Assembly (NCBI GenBank): GCA_964187785.1
Contig: OZ076409.1
Location: 2,356,001-2,420,000 of the forward strand
DNA from: Amphiscolops sp. MND2022
Lineage: Eukaryota
Direction: 5' to 3'
Length of the DNA stretch: 64,000 nt
Of this stretch, positions 12,771-24,996 are shown in pieces. The position numbers and the translations under genes are program-made. The notes below the pieces were generated by a model. That model did no database searches. It had not been told where the DNA came from and saw only the letters and a list, made by a program, of their open reading frames with translations. Numbering within the stretch: the stretch's first letter is position 1; each line of letters opens with the position of its first letter.

Positions 12771-13258
12771 CGGAAGATCGAGCATGGTGTGGGTCCGGAT
12801 ACCAAACCACATAGGACAAGCGATGAAGTGAGCAATGAATCCAGTTAAAAGCAATGCGAGTCAAAATAATCATACAAGGTTGTTGTTCAAATATCACAGC
12901 TTGTCAACAGGAAATGGAAATCAGTGGGTGGTTATGCGGTCGAACAACATCAGTGGGTGGTTTTGCGGTCAAACAAACATGGCATTTCAGTCATGATTTG
13001 TGGGCGGATGTTGTTCGAGAACGAAAAGGAATGTTTGTGCAAACACAAGACTTAATGGCACTGATTGGTTTGAGGTCAAGAGGAAGGAGGAGAATTGTTC
13101 AAATTATCGAAAGGTTAGAAGCATGTGATGAGCATGAAAATGAAGCGAGAAATAAATCTTAACATTGTTTTACAACTAATTAATCTTTGAAAGGAAAAGA
13201 CATGGAGAGAAAACATGTAAATTTGCTGTTAGGAGTTAAAAGGAAAGTATTCAAAAGG

Positions 13259-14848
13259 TTATTTCTTCGAACTCCGCGTGCTTCGCTGTGACGACTGTGA
13301 GGCTTGATAGCGTCGTGTCAGATTGATAGCTTTGCGAAGCTCGTAAGCGCGGTTAGTTCCAAGACGGGGGTCATCCCTGGGGTTAGGCAATGAATTAGAT
13401 GTTGATGTAGTCGGTGTAGTTGGTATAGCTCGGCATGTGGCAAAGAAGTTTTGGCGAGCTACAGGTGGTGCAGTGAATTCGGGGTAGTCATTCGTATCCA
13501 ATTGGCTAGAATGACTTGGTGATGGAGCTGTGTACGTGCCTTCAACTGTAAATGTATCAGAATCGAAGAGCGGAGGAGTTTGCGTACATGTGCGCTGCCT
13601 ATGAGATGGACTAGGAGTGCTGAATGGGGGTGGTATTGATGCAGTATCCTCCTGGGTGTGTAGTGCTGGTCCCAATTCTGGAGTAGGTGCGAGCGGGAGC
13701 GTGTCTCTAGCTGCTGGAAGCTCGCAAACTGGTACTGGTTCCTGGACATGTTCGGCCTGAGCACGGGGGGCAGCGCGTAAGCCAAAAGTGACTATATTGG
13801 TTGTTGTCTGGGCGGAACCAGGGGACACAATTCCACTGGCGTCCAATAAAGCAGGTAATGCGTCGTCAGAAATGGAAGGCACAGAAATACGTTGTGTGAT
13901 AGGGTCAGCGATAAAGTTGGATTCGTTAATCTCATCCAAATCGTCAAAATGATATTTTGGTTGGATTGGTCGCAACCTCACACGGTGGACGCACTGTGTA
14001 TTGTTTGTATTGACTTTTCGGACAATATAGTTACAATTGGTGATAACTTTCTCCACTCGGTACAATGGAAGCCATTTGGTAAGAGACTTCGTCAAAGAAT
14101 CGCTTGGTGTAGTGAGTTTCGGATTGAGCAAGAGGCAATAGCTATGTAGTGCCAAGGGTTGTGCTTTTGCCTTACGATCATAAATGTCTCGATACTTGTT
14201 GTAGGCGATCAAGGTATTGTCTTTGGCACCAGCAAAAATTGTGTTCATACGGTCCTGTGTTTCTTGAAGAAAATCCAATGTTGGTTCGGCTCGCAATCGG
14301 CTGACATTATTGAAGCGGAGATCCAGTGGGTTCAATGGCTGGCGACCATGGAAGAGAAAGCTGGGTGCGCAACCAATTGAGCAGTGATAGGTGGTGTTGT
14401 AGAGGAAGACCGCTAAATCGACATAATTATGCCAGTCGCGAGTTTGGTTGTTTTCGTAGATGTTCAAGATGCGATTGAGCGTGGCATGACTGCGTTCCAC
14501 CACACCAATCGTTTGTGGATGTTTGACACTAGCATACTTGATCTGTACCTCAAGTAAGGCACAAAGTTGGCGCATCATGGAGGATGTGAAGGCCGAACCT
14601 AAGTCACATGAAATAGTTGACGGTAGATAGCTATGTCGCATAAAGATGGCAAAGAGTGCCCTTGCTACAGTTTCCGCTTCACCAGAGAGAAGGGGTACTG
14701 CAAAGAGGTAACGCGTGAAGACATCCACTCCAGTAAGGATGTAGATGAAACCGTTGGAAGGTTGCAGTTTTCCAACTAAATCGATTTGCAGTAAATCTCC
14801 AGGAAGAGATTGTTCTGAGGCGATAGGCTGCAACGGGGCAGTTTGCAT
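13259..14848 (-). pseudogene. Duplicated integrase fragment (DDE core plus Pro/Thr-rich tail)
   Basis: Second copy of the pol 3' end, lacking the HHCC zinc finger. Confidence 0.9.
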
Positions 14849-14850
14849 TG

Positions 14851-15455
14851 TTCTGTACCGAAGCCCATGCAGTGTTCATCTGGTTGACATGAGCAATGGT
14901 ATCCACAATGGCGCGTCGGTTTTCCTTGGCCAGTTTGTTACACCCGCCGAAAATTCGTCCCAGAGTACAGGAAATTTTATCTTTCAGTGAGTAGCCCAAG
15001 CCAAAGACACCAGCAGCTGCTCCGGCCACCAGAACTACGGGCAGCGCACGAGGGTTGCGCTGCTGCGGTTCTGGGGGAGCAAAATCAGGGAACAAACCTG
15101 TGATGTCGCTTTTGAAGCTGCCAATATCCCTGAGGACACGTTGATGTTCTTGCAGAACTTCATTGTACACCCAGTCGGAAGTGAAATTCAGTTGGGTGAT
15201 GTTGTTGTACAGCAAGTCGCAGCCAAAATTAGGATGATTCCACAGTTGATCCATTTTGGAGGCAATGGTGGTGAGGTAACGATCGATAGTGGCATCAAAC
15301 TGTGGGTACGGCAGAACGAACTGAACATTTTCAAATGATTTGGCAAGCAATATTTTTTGGTGATAGTTGAATATGATGCCATTATGGGTTGTCTCAGCAC
15401 TGCTCAGACATTGTTGGAAAAGGCAAACAATGAAAAGCAGCTGGAATGCTTTCAT
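14851..15455 (-). pseudogene. env: Truncated duplicate of the env N-terminus, fused out of frame to integrase sequence
   Basis: ORF 14679-15539 matches env up to WASVQN and then diverges at the duplication junction. Confidence 0.85.
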
Positions 15456-15943
15456 CGGAAGATCGAGCATGGTGTGGGTCCGGATACCAAACCACATAGG
15501 ACAAGCGATGAAGTGAGCAATGAATCCACTTAAAAGCAATGCGAGTCAAAATAATCATACAAGGTTGTTGTTCAAATATCACAGCTTGTCAACAGGAAAT
15601 GGAAATCAGTGGGTGGTTATGCGGTCGAACAACATCAGTGGGTGGTTTTGCGGTCAAACAAACATGGCATTTCAGTCATGATTTGTGGGCGGATGTTGTT
15701 CGAGAACGAAAAGGAATGTTTGTGCAAACACAAGACTTAATGGCACTGATTGGTTTGAGGTCAAGAGGAAGGAGGAGAATTGTTCAAATTATCGAAAGGT
15801 TAGAAGCATGTGATGAGCATGAAAATGAAGCGAGAAATAAATCTTAACATTGTTTTACAACTAATTAATCTTTGAAAGGAAAAGACATGGAGAGAAAACA
15901 TGTAAATTTGCTGTTAGGAGTAAAAAGGAAAGTATTCAAAAGG

Positions 15944-18900
15944 TTATTTCTTCGAACTCCGCGTGCTTCGCTGTGACGACTGTGAGGCTTGATAGCGTCG
16001 TGTCAGATTGATAGCTTTGCGAAGCTCGTAAGCGCGGTTAGTTCCAAGACGGGGGTCATCCCTGGGGTTAGGCAATGAATTAGATGTTGATGTAGTCGGT
16101 GTAGTTGGTATAGCTCGGCATGTGGCAAAGAAGTTTTGGCGAGCTACAGGTGGTGCAGTGAATTCGGGGTAGTCATTCGTATCCAATTGGCTAGAATGAC
16201 TTGGTGATGGAGCTGTGTACGTGCCTTCAACTGTAAATGTATCAGAATCGAAGAGCGGAGGAGTTTGCGTACATGTGCGCTGCCTATGAGATGGACTAGG
16301 AGTGCTGAATGGGGGTGGTATTGATGCAGTATCCTCCTGGGTGTGTAGTGCTGGTCCCAATTCTGGAGTAGGTGCGAGCGGGAGCGTGTCTCTAGCTGCT
16401 GGAAGCTCGCAAACTGGTACTGGTTCCTGGACATGTTCGGCCTGAGCACGGGGGGCAGCGCGTAAGCCAAAAGTGACTATATTGGTTGTTGTCTGGGCGG
16501 AACCAGGGGACACAATTCCACTGGCGTCCAATAAAGCAGGTAATGCGTCGTCAGAAATGGAAGGCTCAGAAATACGTTGTGTGATAGGGTCAGCGATAAA
16601 GTTGGATTCGTTAATCTCATCCAAATCGTCAAAATGATATTTTGGTTGGATTGGTCGCAACCTCACACGGTGGACGCACTGTGTATTGTTTGTATTGACT
16701 TTTCGGACAATATAGTTACAATTGGTGATAACTTTCTCCACTCGGTACAATGGAAGCCATTTGGTAAGAGACTTCGTCAAAGAATCGCTTGGTGTAGTGA
16801 GTTTCGGATTGAGCGAGAGGCAATAGCTATGTAGTGCCAAGGGTTGTGCTTTTGCCTTACGATCATAAATGTCTCGATACTTGTTGTAGGCGATCAAGGT
16901 ATTGTCTTTGGCACCAGCAAAAATTGTGTTCATACGGTCCTGTGTTTCTTGAAGAAAATCCAATGTTGGTTCGGCTCGCAATCGGCTGACATTATTGAAG
17001 CGGAGATCCAGTGGGTTCAATGGCTGGCGACCATGGAAGAGAAAGCTGGGTGCGCAACCAATTGAGCAGTGATAGGTGGTGTTGTAGAGGAAGACCGCTA
17101 AATCGACATAATTATGCCAGTCGCGAGTTTGGTTGTTTTCGTAGATGTTCAAGATGCGATTGAGCGTGGCATGACTGCGTTCCACCACACCAATCGTTTG
17201 TGGATGTTTGACACTAGCATACTTGATCTGTACCTCAAGTAAGGCACAAAGTTGGCGCATCATGGAGGATGTGAAGGCCGAACCTAAGTCACATGAAATA
17301 GTTGACGGTAGATAGCTATGTCGCATAAAGATGGCAAAGAGTGCCCTTGCTACAGTTTCCGCTTCACCAGAGAGAAGGGGTACTGCAAAGAGGTAACGCG
17401 TGAAGACATCCACTCCAGTAAGGATGTAGATGAAACCGTTGGAAGGTTGCAGTTTTCCAACTAAATCGATTTGCAGTAAATCTCCAGGAAGAGATTGTTC
17501 TGAGGCGATAGGCTGCAACGGGGCAGTTTGCATTGATTTCTGAACCGGTTTCACTTGTAAGCAGGAAGAGCAATTTTTTACATGAGAGACAAGGCTTTCC
17601 GAAAACATAGGGAAATAAAATCTCTTGCGGAATTCGTGCGCAGTTGCCTTCATTCCAAGATGTCCTCCGAATTTACTGTTATGAACACGATATAAAAGTT
17701 CTTCGCGTAAATGTTTTGGTACGACGTATTGTCGCACAAAGTTTTTTCCCGTATTATCAAAAAATTTGCGGTACAAAATTCCTTTCACAAGCTCTAAACG
17801 TGGTAATTGTTTTTGATATTTTTTGAGTTCCCAGTTCGAGTAAAGTGTATCTGGGTTTTTGCGCTGAGAAATCCAAGTGATTGCTTCACGGATGTTAGGA
17901 TCCTTCATTTGTTCGCGTAGTAGATCTAATGGTGTATCGCGATCCTGAAGCGCAAAGAAATCGAGAGGGTTGTCCTGAGCTAAGGCGTTTATGCTTTGCG
18001 GAAGATCTTGAGGCTCCAGTTCCACTTCCAGGTAGTCATCTTCGTCTTCGTAGCATTGTAACGCTGCAAGACCTGAGGTGGTGGAAGGAGTCAGTGCAGT
18101 TAGATCTGGATTAGGCGATTCCGCTGAAAAGTCAATTTCAACGTGTTTTACTGGCATTCGTGTTGAAATTTTTAGTGAAAGTTTCGTATGTGGGTCTACA
18201 TTCACGCGCGACAAGAAGTCAGCGGCGGCGTTCGCCTTTCCAGGGATGTGGCCGATGATGAAGAAGTTGAGGACTTGGTCCACAGCTGTCCACAGAGGTG
18301 TTGGAATAGTCTTGGCCTGAAAAAATCGTGTTAGACTTCGATTATCTGTAAGCACAAGAACAGGCAGTTTCGCTCCCCATAAGATATGGGCGAAAGTATC
18401 AAATGCGAAATGCACCGCCAGAAATTCCTTCGCATAAATTGACAGCTTCAAGTAAGTCGGGTTAAAGATCTTCGATCCAAACGCCACTGGGGCATATGAT
18501 TTGACCGTATCGCCCTGTTGATTCGTGGTATAATCTTCGATCATTAGGACATACCCAGCGGAGTAGTAGCTGGCATCAGACAGGATGACATACTGCAAAT
18601 TAGCTATCGGCAAGCGCAAGGACATATCACAAGCGTTCGCTAATTGTGTGCAAAGCACGTCAAAAGCTGCGGTGTGTTCGTCGGTAATTGCGAAGTTTAC
18701 ATTTTGTTTCAGTAACTTGTAAAACGGCAAAAGACTGTCACTCAATTTTGGCAAGTAGGTTCTGAAATATTGGAAAAATCCAATCATTCGTTTGATTTGC
18801 TTGTGATTCTTTGGCATTTTGATTTTTGACAAAAACTGTTCAACTTTCTCACGATTCGGCGACGTTCCAGAGGAACTAATGGTACTACCGAGATATGAGA

Positions 18901-20681
18901 TTTCTGCCACACCGAATTCGCTTTTGTTCATCGTTAGTTTCAACCCCGAGGTTCTGATGCACTGAAAAATGCTTCTCAAATTCGACAAAAGTTCTCCAAA
19001 TGAGCGCGCGTCTGTACCCAAATCATCCACATACTGGAAGCATTGGTCATTTGCTATGCATGAGTCTAGGTGCTTTCGCATGAACGAGCTTAACGCGCTT
19101 ACGGACCTACTTAGGCCTTGTGCCAATCGTTGGAAGGCAAACGTACGCGAGGCAAAATTGAAAGCCAGCATTTGGACTGACAAAGGGTCAGCCATTTTGA
19201 GTGCATGGTATGCCTGGCTACAATCAAGTTTTGCAAAAATGCTTTTGCCAGCGAGGTGGGTACCGGCATCAGCCATCGTAGTGATCGGAAAATTATTTGA
19301 GTCGTAATCATGGCGGATAAGGTGGTTGATTTTACGTAAATCCACCAAAAGTCGCAGTTTTCCCGATGGTTTTCGGTGTGCAAAAAGGGGGCTTGAGTAT
19401 TTTGAATAAGCCAGGGTTGTTATCAATCCAAAATACTGCATGGCTGCCAAATCATGCAAAATTTCTTCGCGCAAATGAATAGGCGTTGGGGGACTCTGTA
19501 TAAACAGGGTCATGATGTTCGGGAGATAGTTTAACAGAAAAATGATCATTACCGCCAACATCAAAGCGGTGGCGCGCAAAAATGTCATGAAACTCGATAA
19601 GTAGAGCTTCAACTTGTTCTCGTTCAGCGAGGGACAAAATAGTTTTTTCCCAGTTAAAGTGGTTCAAAAATGCTTGACGCTGTGTGGCGTCAAGTGTCGG
19701 ATCAAGTTTTTCGGCCGTTTTTAGTGAGACCAATGTCTGATAAATTTTTCGGTGTAACCCAGTGAGAGAACTGGGATCGGAACAAGTTTCTGGCGTTGGG
19801 AACCAGAAGTCAGATTCCCCAAAAATGGGAGAGTTTTCATCAGCATGAATGAGTTCGTTTAGGGACAATGGAGAAATTGTAGAAAGGATAGCAGGGTCAA
19901 ATGGTTGCAAATATTGAGATTGTTTCGGAGTAAGTATTGTAAAATTCCCCACGGTGGTGTCTTTCGGCAGCGTAATTATGTTAGTTGTGCAATTCAAAAA
20001 TGCAAGAGGAGTTTGATTGTGAGTGATTTTTGAAAGCGAACTAGTCATACATAGACCTGTTTTTCGTTCAAAACGGGGGTTTGGGTCGATAATGCCCACT
20101 ATTCCATCAGGGAGGTCATTCGAGGGGTAGCACTGCAAAACTTCTTGCGAATTTGGGTGAATTTGAATTTTTTGGGTCGTTTTCAAAGTAAATTTATGTT
20201 TGCTATAGATTTTACGTGGACTACCATCAATTGAAGTGATTTCATTTAGTTGAAATGTGAAGTCAGGAGCATGCAATTTGCGATTTTTGACATCAATTGA
20301 CATGTTATATTTTTCATAAAAGGGTAGTCCCAGAATGGGTCGGTTCATTTTTGGTAAAAATAGGAATTTTTCGGTGAAATTACGACATCCAAGTCGAAAT
20401 GTAAGTTCGACAGCCCCTAAGGTGCGTACCGTTTCGCCATTAGCCACTTTTACAACTGAGGAAGGGCTGTTTTTGCAAATGTTGACACTCTGAGGGAAGT
20501 TTGATTTGATGTTTTCAACGACACAAGGCGTAATAGCAGAGGAAAAGGCCCCTGTGTCTACCAAAAAACGGCATGAAAAATTTCCAAATTGAAGGGGGAG
20601 ATAAAAAAGTGATGTAGGGAAAAAGTTAGAAACTGAATTTAGAAGAGACTCACGTTGTAAAGTTGGCTTACTCAGTTTTTT
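15944..20681 (-). pseudogene. pol: pol polyprotein (protease, dUTPase-like remnant, RT, RNase H, integrase) with one frameshift near 19497
   Basis: LVDTGA protease; KLDCSQAY and YVDD RT; SDASY and TDNRSL RNase H; H-x6-H...CSSC plus DDE integrase. PVYT|QSPPTP is split between frames (TATACAGAGT, probably a 2-bp loss from TATACACAGAGT). Confidence 0.93.
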
Positions 20682-21685
20682 GGCTGTCGGTCGAATGGCA
20701 CCTGCTGGTCTCGTTTGGGTGGTGGTCGCTTGCGGCAGTACTGAATAGTGTGGCCCTTCATCTTGCAGTAGTTGCAGAAGCGTTGATTGTAGGTGGTCCA
20801 ATTGTTCTCGCACTGCTGTTGTTGTTGTTGTGGTTGCTGTAACCAGTGTTGAGTATACCAGTCAGGCGGTGCCGAATTCCAGTTCCACCACTGCGGTTGG
20901 TTGTTCCCCTGCTGTTGTTGGTGATGGCCACTCCAACTCTGCTGTCCAGTAGGGTTTTGATGCGCGTTTTGAAGGGTTTTGACTTCTGCTGCTAGTTTAG
21001 CGTTTTCATTACGCATGGCAGTTTGAGTCTTTTGAATTTCTGCCAAAGATGCCAAAAGTGTATCAACTTGGGACGATGAGAGCTCATTGAAAGCAGAGCC
21101 ACCGTCGTCTTCCGGGTATTGTTGATCAATCATTACTCTGCGGGCTGCTCGTTCACAAAGATCCTCGACCGTGTTGGTTTCGGGTAATGTGAGAAGATAT
21201 TTTTTGAGTTTGTTAGGAAGCCCATTTATGAAGGCTTCTTTTACTCGGCGATTGCGCTCATTGGCGCGATTTTCAGCTGCCACGGCTGGGTTGCCATCGG
21301 CGGCTGCCCGCGCTACAATATCTGGGAAAGCCAAGTTGGCCATCCGTTGCAATTCGGTTAGAAAATCATGTACTGTTTCTTTTGAGGCATTATATTTTCT
21401 TGTAGTAAACTTGAGTTTGTGTGACTCAAGGCGATCAGGATTCACATACCTGTTGCGAAGTGAAGTTAGTGCTTCATCAAAGTTTTGTCGAGTAGCTTCA
21501 GGCAATTGGTCGAAAAATGACAATGCTGTTCCTTTCAGATGTAGATGCAAATAGAGATGTCTGTTCGCTTCCTCTACTCCAGCGAGTCCAATACAGCTGC
21601 GTAGTTGGTTCTCAAATTGGTTGAAATTGTCACTTTCGAGTCCAGAGAAGGGTTGCAAATTAATAAACGGTTGCAACTGAGCCAT
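20672..21685 (-). CDS. gag: gag (capsid-like region, coiled coil, Gln-rich tract, CCHC zinc knuckle)
   Basis: First ORF after the PBS; CNYCKMKGHTIQYC knuckle; likely start MAQLQPF. Confidence 0.9.
   Translation of the reverse strand: MAQLQPFINLQPFSGLESDNFNQFENQLRSCIGLAGVEEANRHLYLHLHLKGTALSFFDQLPEATRQNFDEALTSLRNRYVNPDRLESHKLKFTTRKYNASKETVHDFLTELQRMANLAFPDIVARAAADGNPAVAAENRANERNRRVKEAFINGLPNKLKKYLLTLPETNTVEDLCERAARRVMIDQQYPEDDGGSAFNELSSSQVDTLLASLAEIQKTQTAMRNENAKLAAEVKTLQNAHQNPTGQQSWSGHHQQQQGNNQPQWWNWNSAPPDWYTQHWLQQPQQQQQQCENNWTTYNQRFCNYCKMKGHTIQYCRKRPPPKRDQQVPFDRQPKN
20675..20681 (-). promoter_or_regulatory. -1 ribosomal frameshift slippery heptamer A_AAA_AAC at the gag-pol junction
   Basis: gag reads CCA AAA AAC TGA; pol is open in the -1 frame (AAA AAA CTG AGT). 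Confidence 0.8.
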
Positions 21686-21750
21686 TGTTGATGAAGAAAA
21701 TTCGAGCAATCAAATTGGTATTAGTTGCTGATGTAGTTTATGTCCAGAAA

Positions 21751-21763
21751 TTGCCTGTCACCA
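21751..21763 (-). other. Primer binding site TGGTGACAGGCAA
   Basis: Begins with TGG directly after the CA end of the 5' LTR; primer tRNA not assigned. Confidence 0.75.
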
Positions 21764-22193
21764 TGTCAGCAGAGGCCCAAAAGCGGTACTATTACATCCA
21801 ATAAGGCTAGTAGAATCGTCTGGTATAAAATTCCAGTCCCGGAAGTAATTTTGTTTTGAGCGCTTATGTACGAAAGTAATTTTGATGCATGTTTTGGGTT
21901 CTCTGGAACTTCTACAATTATGCTGAGAGAAGATTTTGTTGATGCTCAAAGTTTTATTTTCGGTCAACTAGTTTGTAGCTCCAAATCTCTGGTGTGTCCC
22001 AATTTATTTAGCACCCACTTTTGTTATATGGATATTTTAACTTCTAATTTAAATATCAAGCATGGTATTTCCTGTTCGCATGATTAAACTAAATATCGCG
22101 CCATATAAAGTTTGTTTTATTGTTTGCTGTTTCAAATTCCTTCATCTATGGTGAGAGCGTCTCCTTTTAGAACATGACCTCAAGGGCATGACA
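21764..22193 (-). repeat. 5' LTR of the Gypsy element (430 bp)
   Basis: Direct repeat of 6483-6912; followed by PBS and gag on the minus strand. Confidence 0.96.
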
Positions 22194-24996
22194 CCAGCGA
22201 TATTTGAATTTTTGTTATTATTGCTAGCCACATTTGTAGAACAATATTCAATCATAAATAATTTACCAGATGTCATAAGGCGTTAACTCATTTAACACAA
22301 TGTCGATTAGCACGAATTCTGGTGAATTAAAACTTGTACTATATATGAGTCATGCTACATATTGTCACGATCTTCTCATTAATGTTGAACAGATTAGCAC
22401 AGTTAGTGTGGTAACCGATCAAAACGCAGGAAAACATTCGTCATGCAGAAACCTATTTATAGAAGTGATGTAACTTGCAAACCTAATTTTATACTAAATC
22501 AGGTACTATTTTTAGTGATTACATAATTATGATGTAAGCATGATACTCCAAAAATTGGTTGTCATGATGCTAAATTTAGCCAAATAAAAGGGGGAGTCAG
22601 AAGCCCATAAACAATCATTCAACAAAAAACTTTCAGACCGACCAGACCTTCCTTTCACTCTCTCAATCTTTGTTCTAGCTTTGATAACCTAACATTATGT
22701 GCATTTTTCTTCAACTTTATTTCAACTCCGTTCTACTTTGCTCATCAGTCTTATTGAAATTCTTCTCAGCATTTCAACCTGACTGAAATGGGTAACAAGA
22801 GAAATAGAAGATCTAGACGAGGACAAGCACCCTCACTTGAGAGAGAGTTGAGCACATCCCTCAACCAAACTATGCTCGCCCATATAACGGGGGGGATATT
22901 GCAGGCACCTATGATAAACCAGTAGTGTACCAGCCACTCAATTCCAGTTACCAAATTTAGCCACTCAAAACATGATACAGCTCCCATAGAACCCGAGAAC
23001 AGAGATATTGCAACCAGATGGGCCTGTTAATGTTGCATATTACTATAACGCCAATGGTCAGTTGTACCTGGACACCCAAGGCACTCATAGCAACATGGAC
23101 ACGACTGATGTCGATTCTGCCCGAGGAGACAATACTACTCAACAGCAGAGAAACCCCTTACGAAGGCAACTTAACCCTCCTGTTATGCTTCATGTTCAAG
23201 AAATTGTCACTGGTGCGGCAGAACTTACGACGAAGTTGCTCTAGATGCTCTGGCAGCCAACACAGCGGCGACTGAAGACCCAGGCGAGACAGTAAGAGAT
23301 AGAAACATTAGGTCACGGGCTTACTTAGATGGGTTTGAGGCAGCACTCATTTGCTTTAAGAATGCTGGCCTGTCACAGCCTAGAGCTGGTGTTGGGTCCG
23401 TAGTGCAACGATGATGGCAAATGACTCACCCATCTACAGCAAAATCAGAAAAACTCATCACTTAATGAAACTCATTTTGTATCAATTTATGTATGACTTT
23501 TGATTACCAGCGATATTTGAATTTTTGTTATTATTGCTAGCCACATTTGTAGAACAATATTCAATCATGAATAATTTACCAGATGTCATAAGGCGTTAAC
23601 TCATTTAACACATAATGTCGATTAGCACGAATTCTGGTGAATTAAAACTTGTACTATATATGAGTCATGCTACATATTGTCACGATCTTCTCATTAATGT
23701 TGAACAGATTAGCACAGTTAGTGTGGTAACCGATCAAAACGCAGGAAAACATTCGTCATGCAGAAACCTATTTATAGAAGTGATGTAACTTGCAAACCTA
23801 ATTTTATACTAAATCAGGTACTATTTTTAGTGATTACATAATTATGATGTAAGCATGACACTCCAAAAATTGGTTGTCATGATGCTAAATTTAGCCAAAT
23901 AAAAGGGGGAGTCAGAAGCCCATAAACAATCATTCAACAAAAAACTTTCAGACCGACCAGACCTTCCTTTCACTCTCTCAATCTTTGTTCTAGCTTTGAT
24001 AACCTAACATTATGTGCATTATTCTTCAACTTTATTTCAACTCCGTTCTACTTTGCTCATCAGTCTAATTGAAATTCTTCTCAGCATTTCAACCTGACTG
24101 AAATGGGTAACAAGAGAAATAGAAGATCTAGACGAGGACAAGCACCCTCACTTGAGAGAGAGTTGAGCACATCCCTCAACCAAACTATGCTCGCCCATAT
24201 AACGGGGGGGGGAATATTGCAGACACCTATGATAAACCAGTAGTGAACCAGCCACTCAATTCCAGTTACCAAATTTAGCCACTCAAAACATGATAAAACT
24301 CCCATACAACCCGAGTACGGAGATATTGCAACCAGATGGGCCTGTTAATGTGGCATATTACTATAACGCCAATGGTCAGTTGTACCTGGACACCCAAGGC
24401 ACTTATAGCAACATAGACACGACTGATGTGGGTCCTGCCCGAGGAGACAATACTACTCAACAGCAGAGAAACCCCTTACGAAGGCAACTTAACCCTCCTG
24501 TTATGCCTCATGTTCAAGGGAATTGTCACTGGTGCGGCAGAACTTACGACGAAGTTGCTCTAGATGCTCTGGCGGCCAACACAGCGGCGACTGAATACCC
24601 AGGCGAGACAGTGAGAGATAGAAACATTAGGTCACGGGCTTACTTAGATGGGTTTGAGGCAGCACTCATTTGCTTTAAGAATGCTGGCCTGTCACATCCT
24701 AGAGCTGGTGTTGGGTCCGTAGTGCAACGATGATGGCAAATGACTCACCCATCTACAGCAAAATCAGAAAAACTCATCACTTAATGAAACTCATTTTGTA
24801 TCAATTTATGTATGACTTTTGATTACCAGCGATATTTGAATTTTTGTTATTATTGCTAGCCACATTTGTAGAACAATATTCAATCATAAATAATTTACCA
24901 GATGTCATAAGGCGTTAACTCATTTAGCACATAATGCCGATTAGCACGAAATCTGGTGAATTAAAACTTGTACTATATATGAGTCATGCTACATAT

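Larger units (their letters stand above)
12166..17535. repeat. Internal tandem duplication, 2 x 2,685 bp (12166-14850 and 14851-17535), covering the integrase core and C-terminus, the spacer and the env 5' part
   Basis: Near-identical ORF pairs offset by 2685 (13259/15944; 12854/15539), with a handful of substitutions. Confidence 0.95.
6483..22193 (-). mobile_element. Ty3/Gypsy LTR retrotransposon or endogenous retrovirus (errantivirus-like; gag-pol-env plus antisense JmjC gene); defective copy
   Basis: 430-bp TG...CA LTRs; 5-bp TSD CAAGC/CCAGC (empty site gattaCCAGCgata seen in the other array units); PBS; PR-RT-RH-IN domain order; env-like ORF. Confidence 0.97.

Noticed and set aside
19452..19612. 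Second programmed frameshift between protease and RT
   Set aside because: No slippery heptamer; a 2-bp loss in ACAC explains it as mutation or sequencing error.
10747..21554. + strand ORFs overlapping env, pol and gag (e.g. 10747-11241, 18969-19307, 21171-21554)
   Set aside because: Antisense shadows of real coding frames, without motifs or splice support, unlike the JmjC exons, which occupy their own space.
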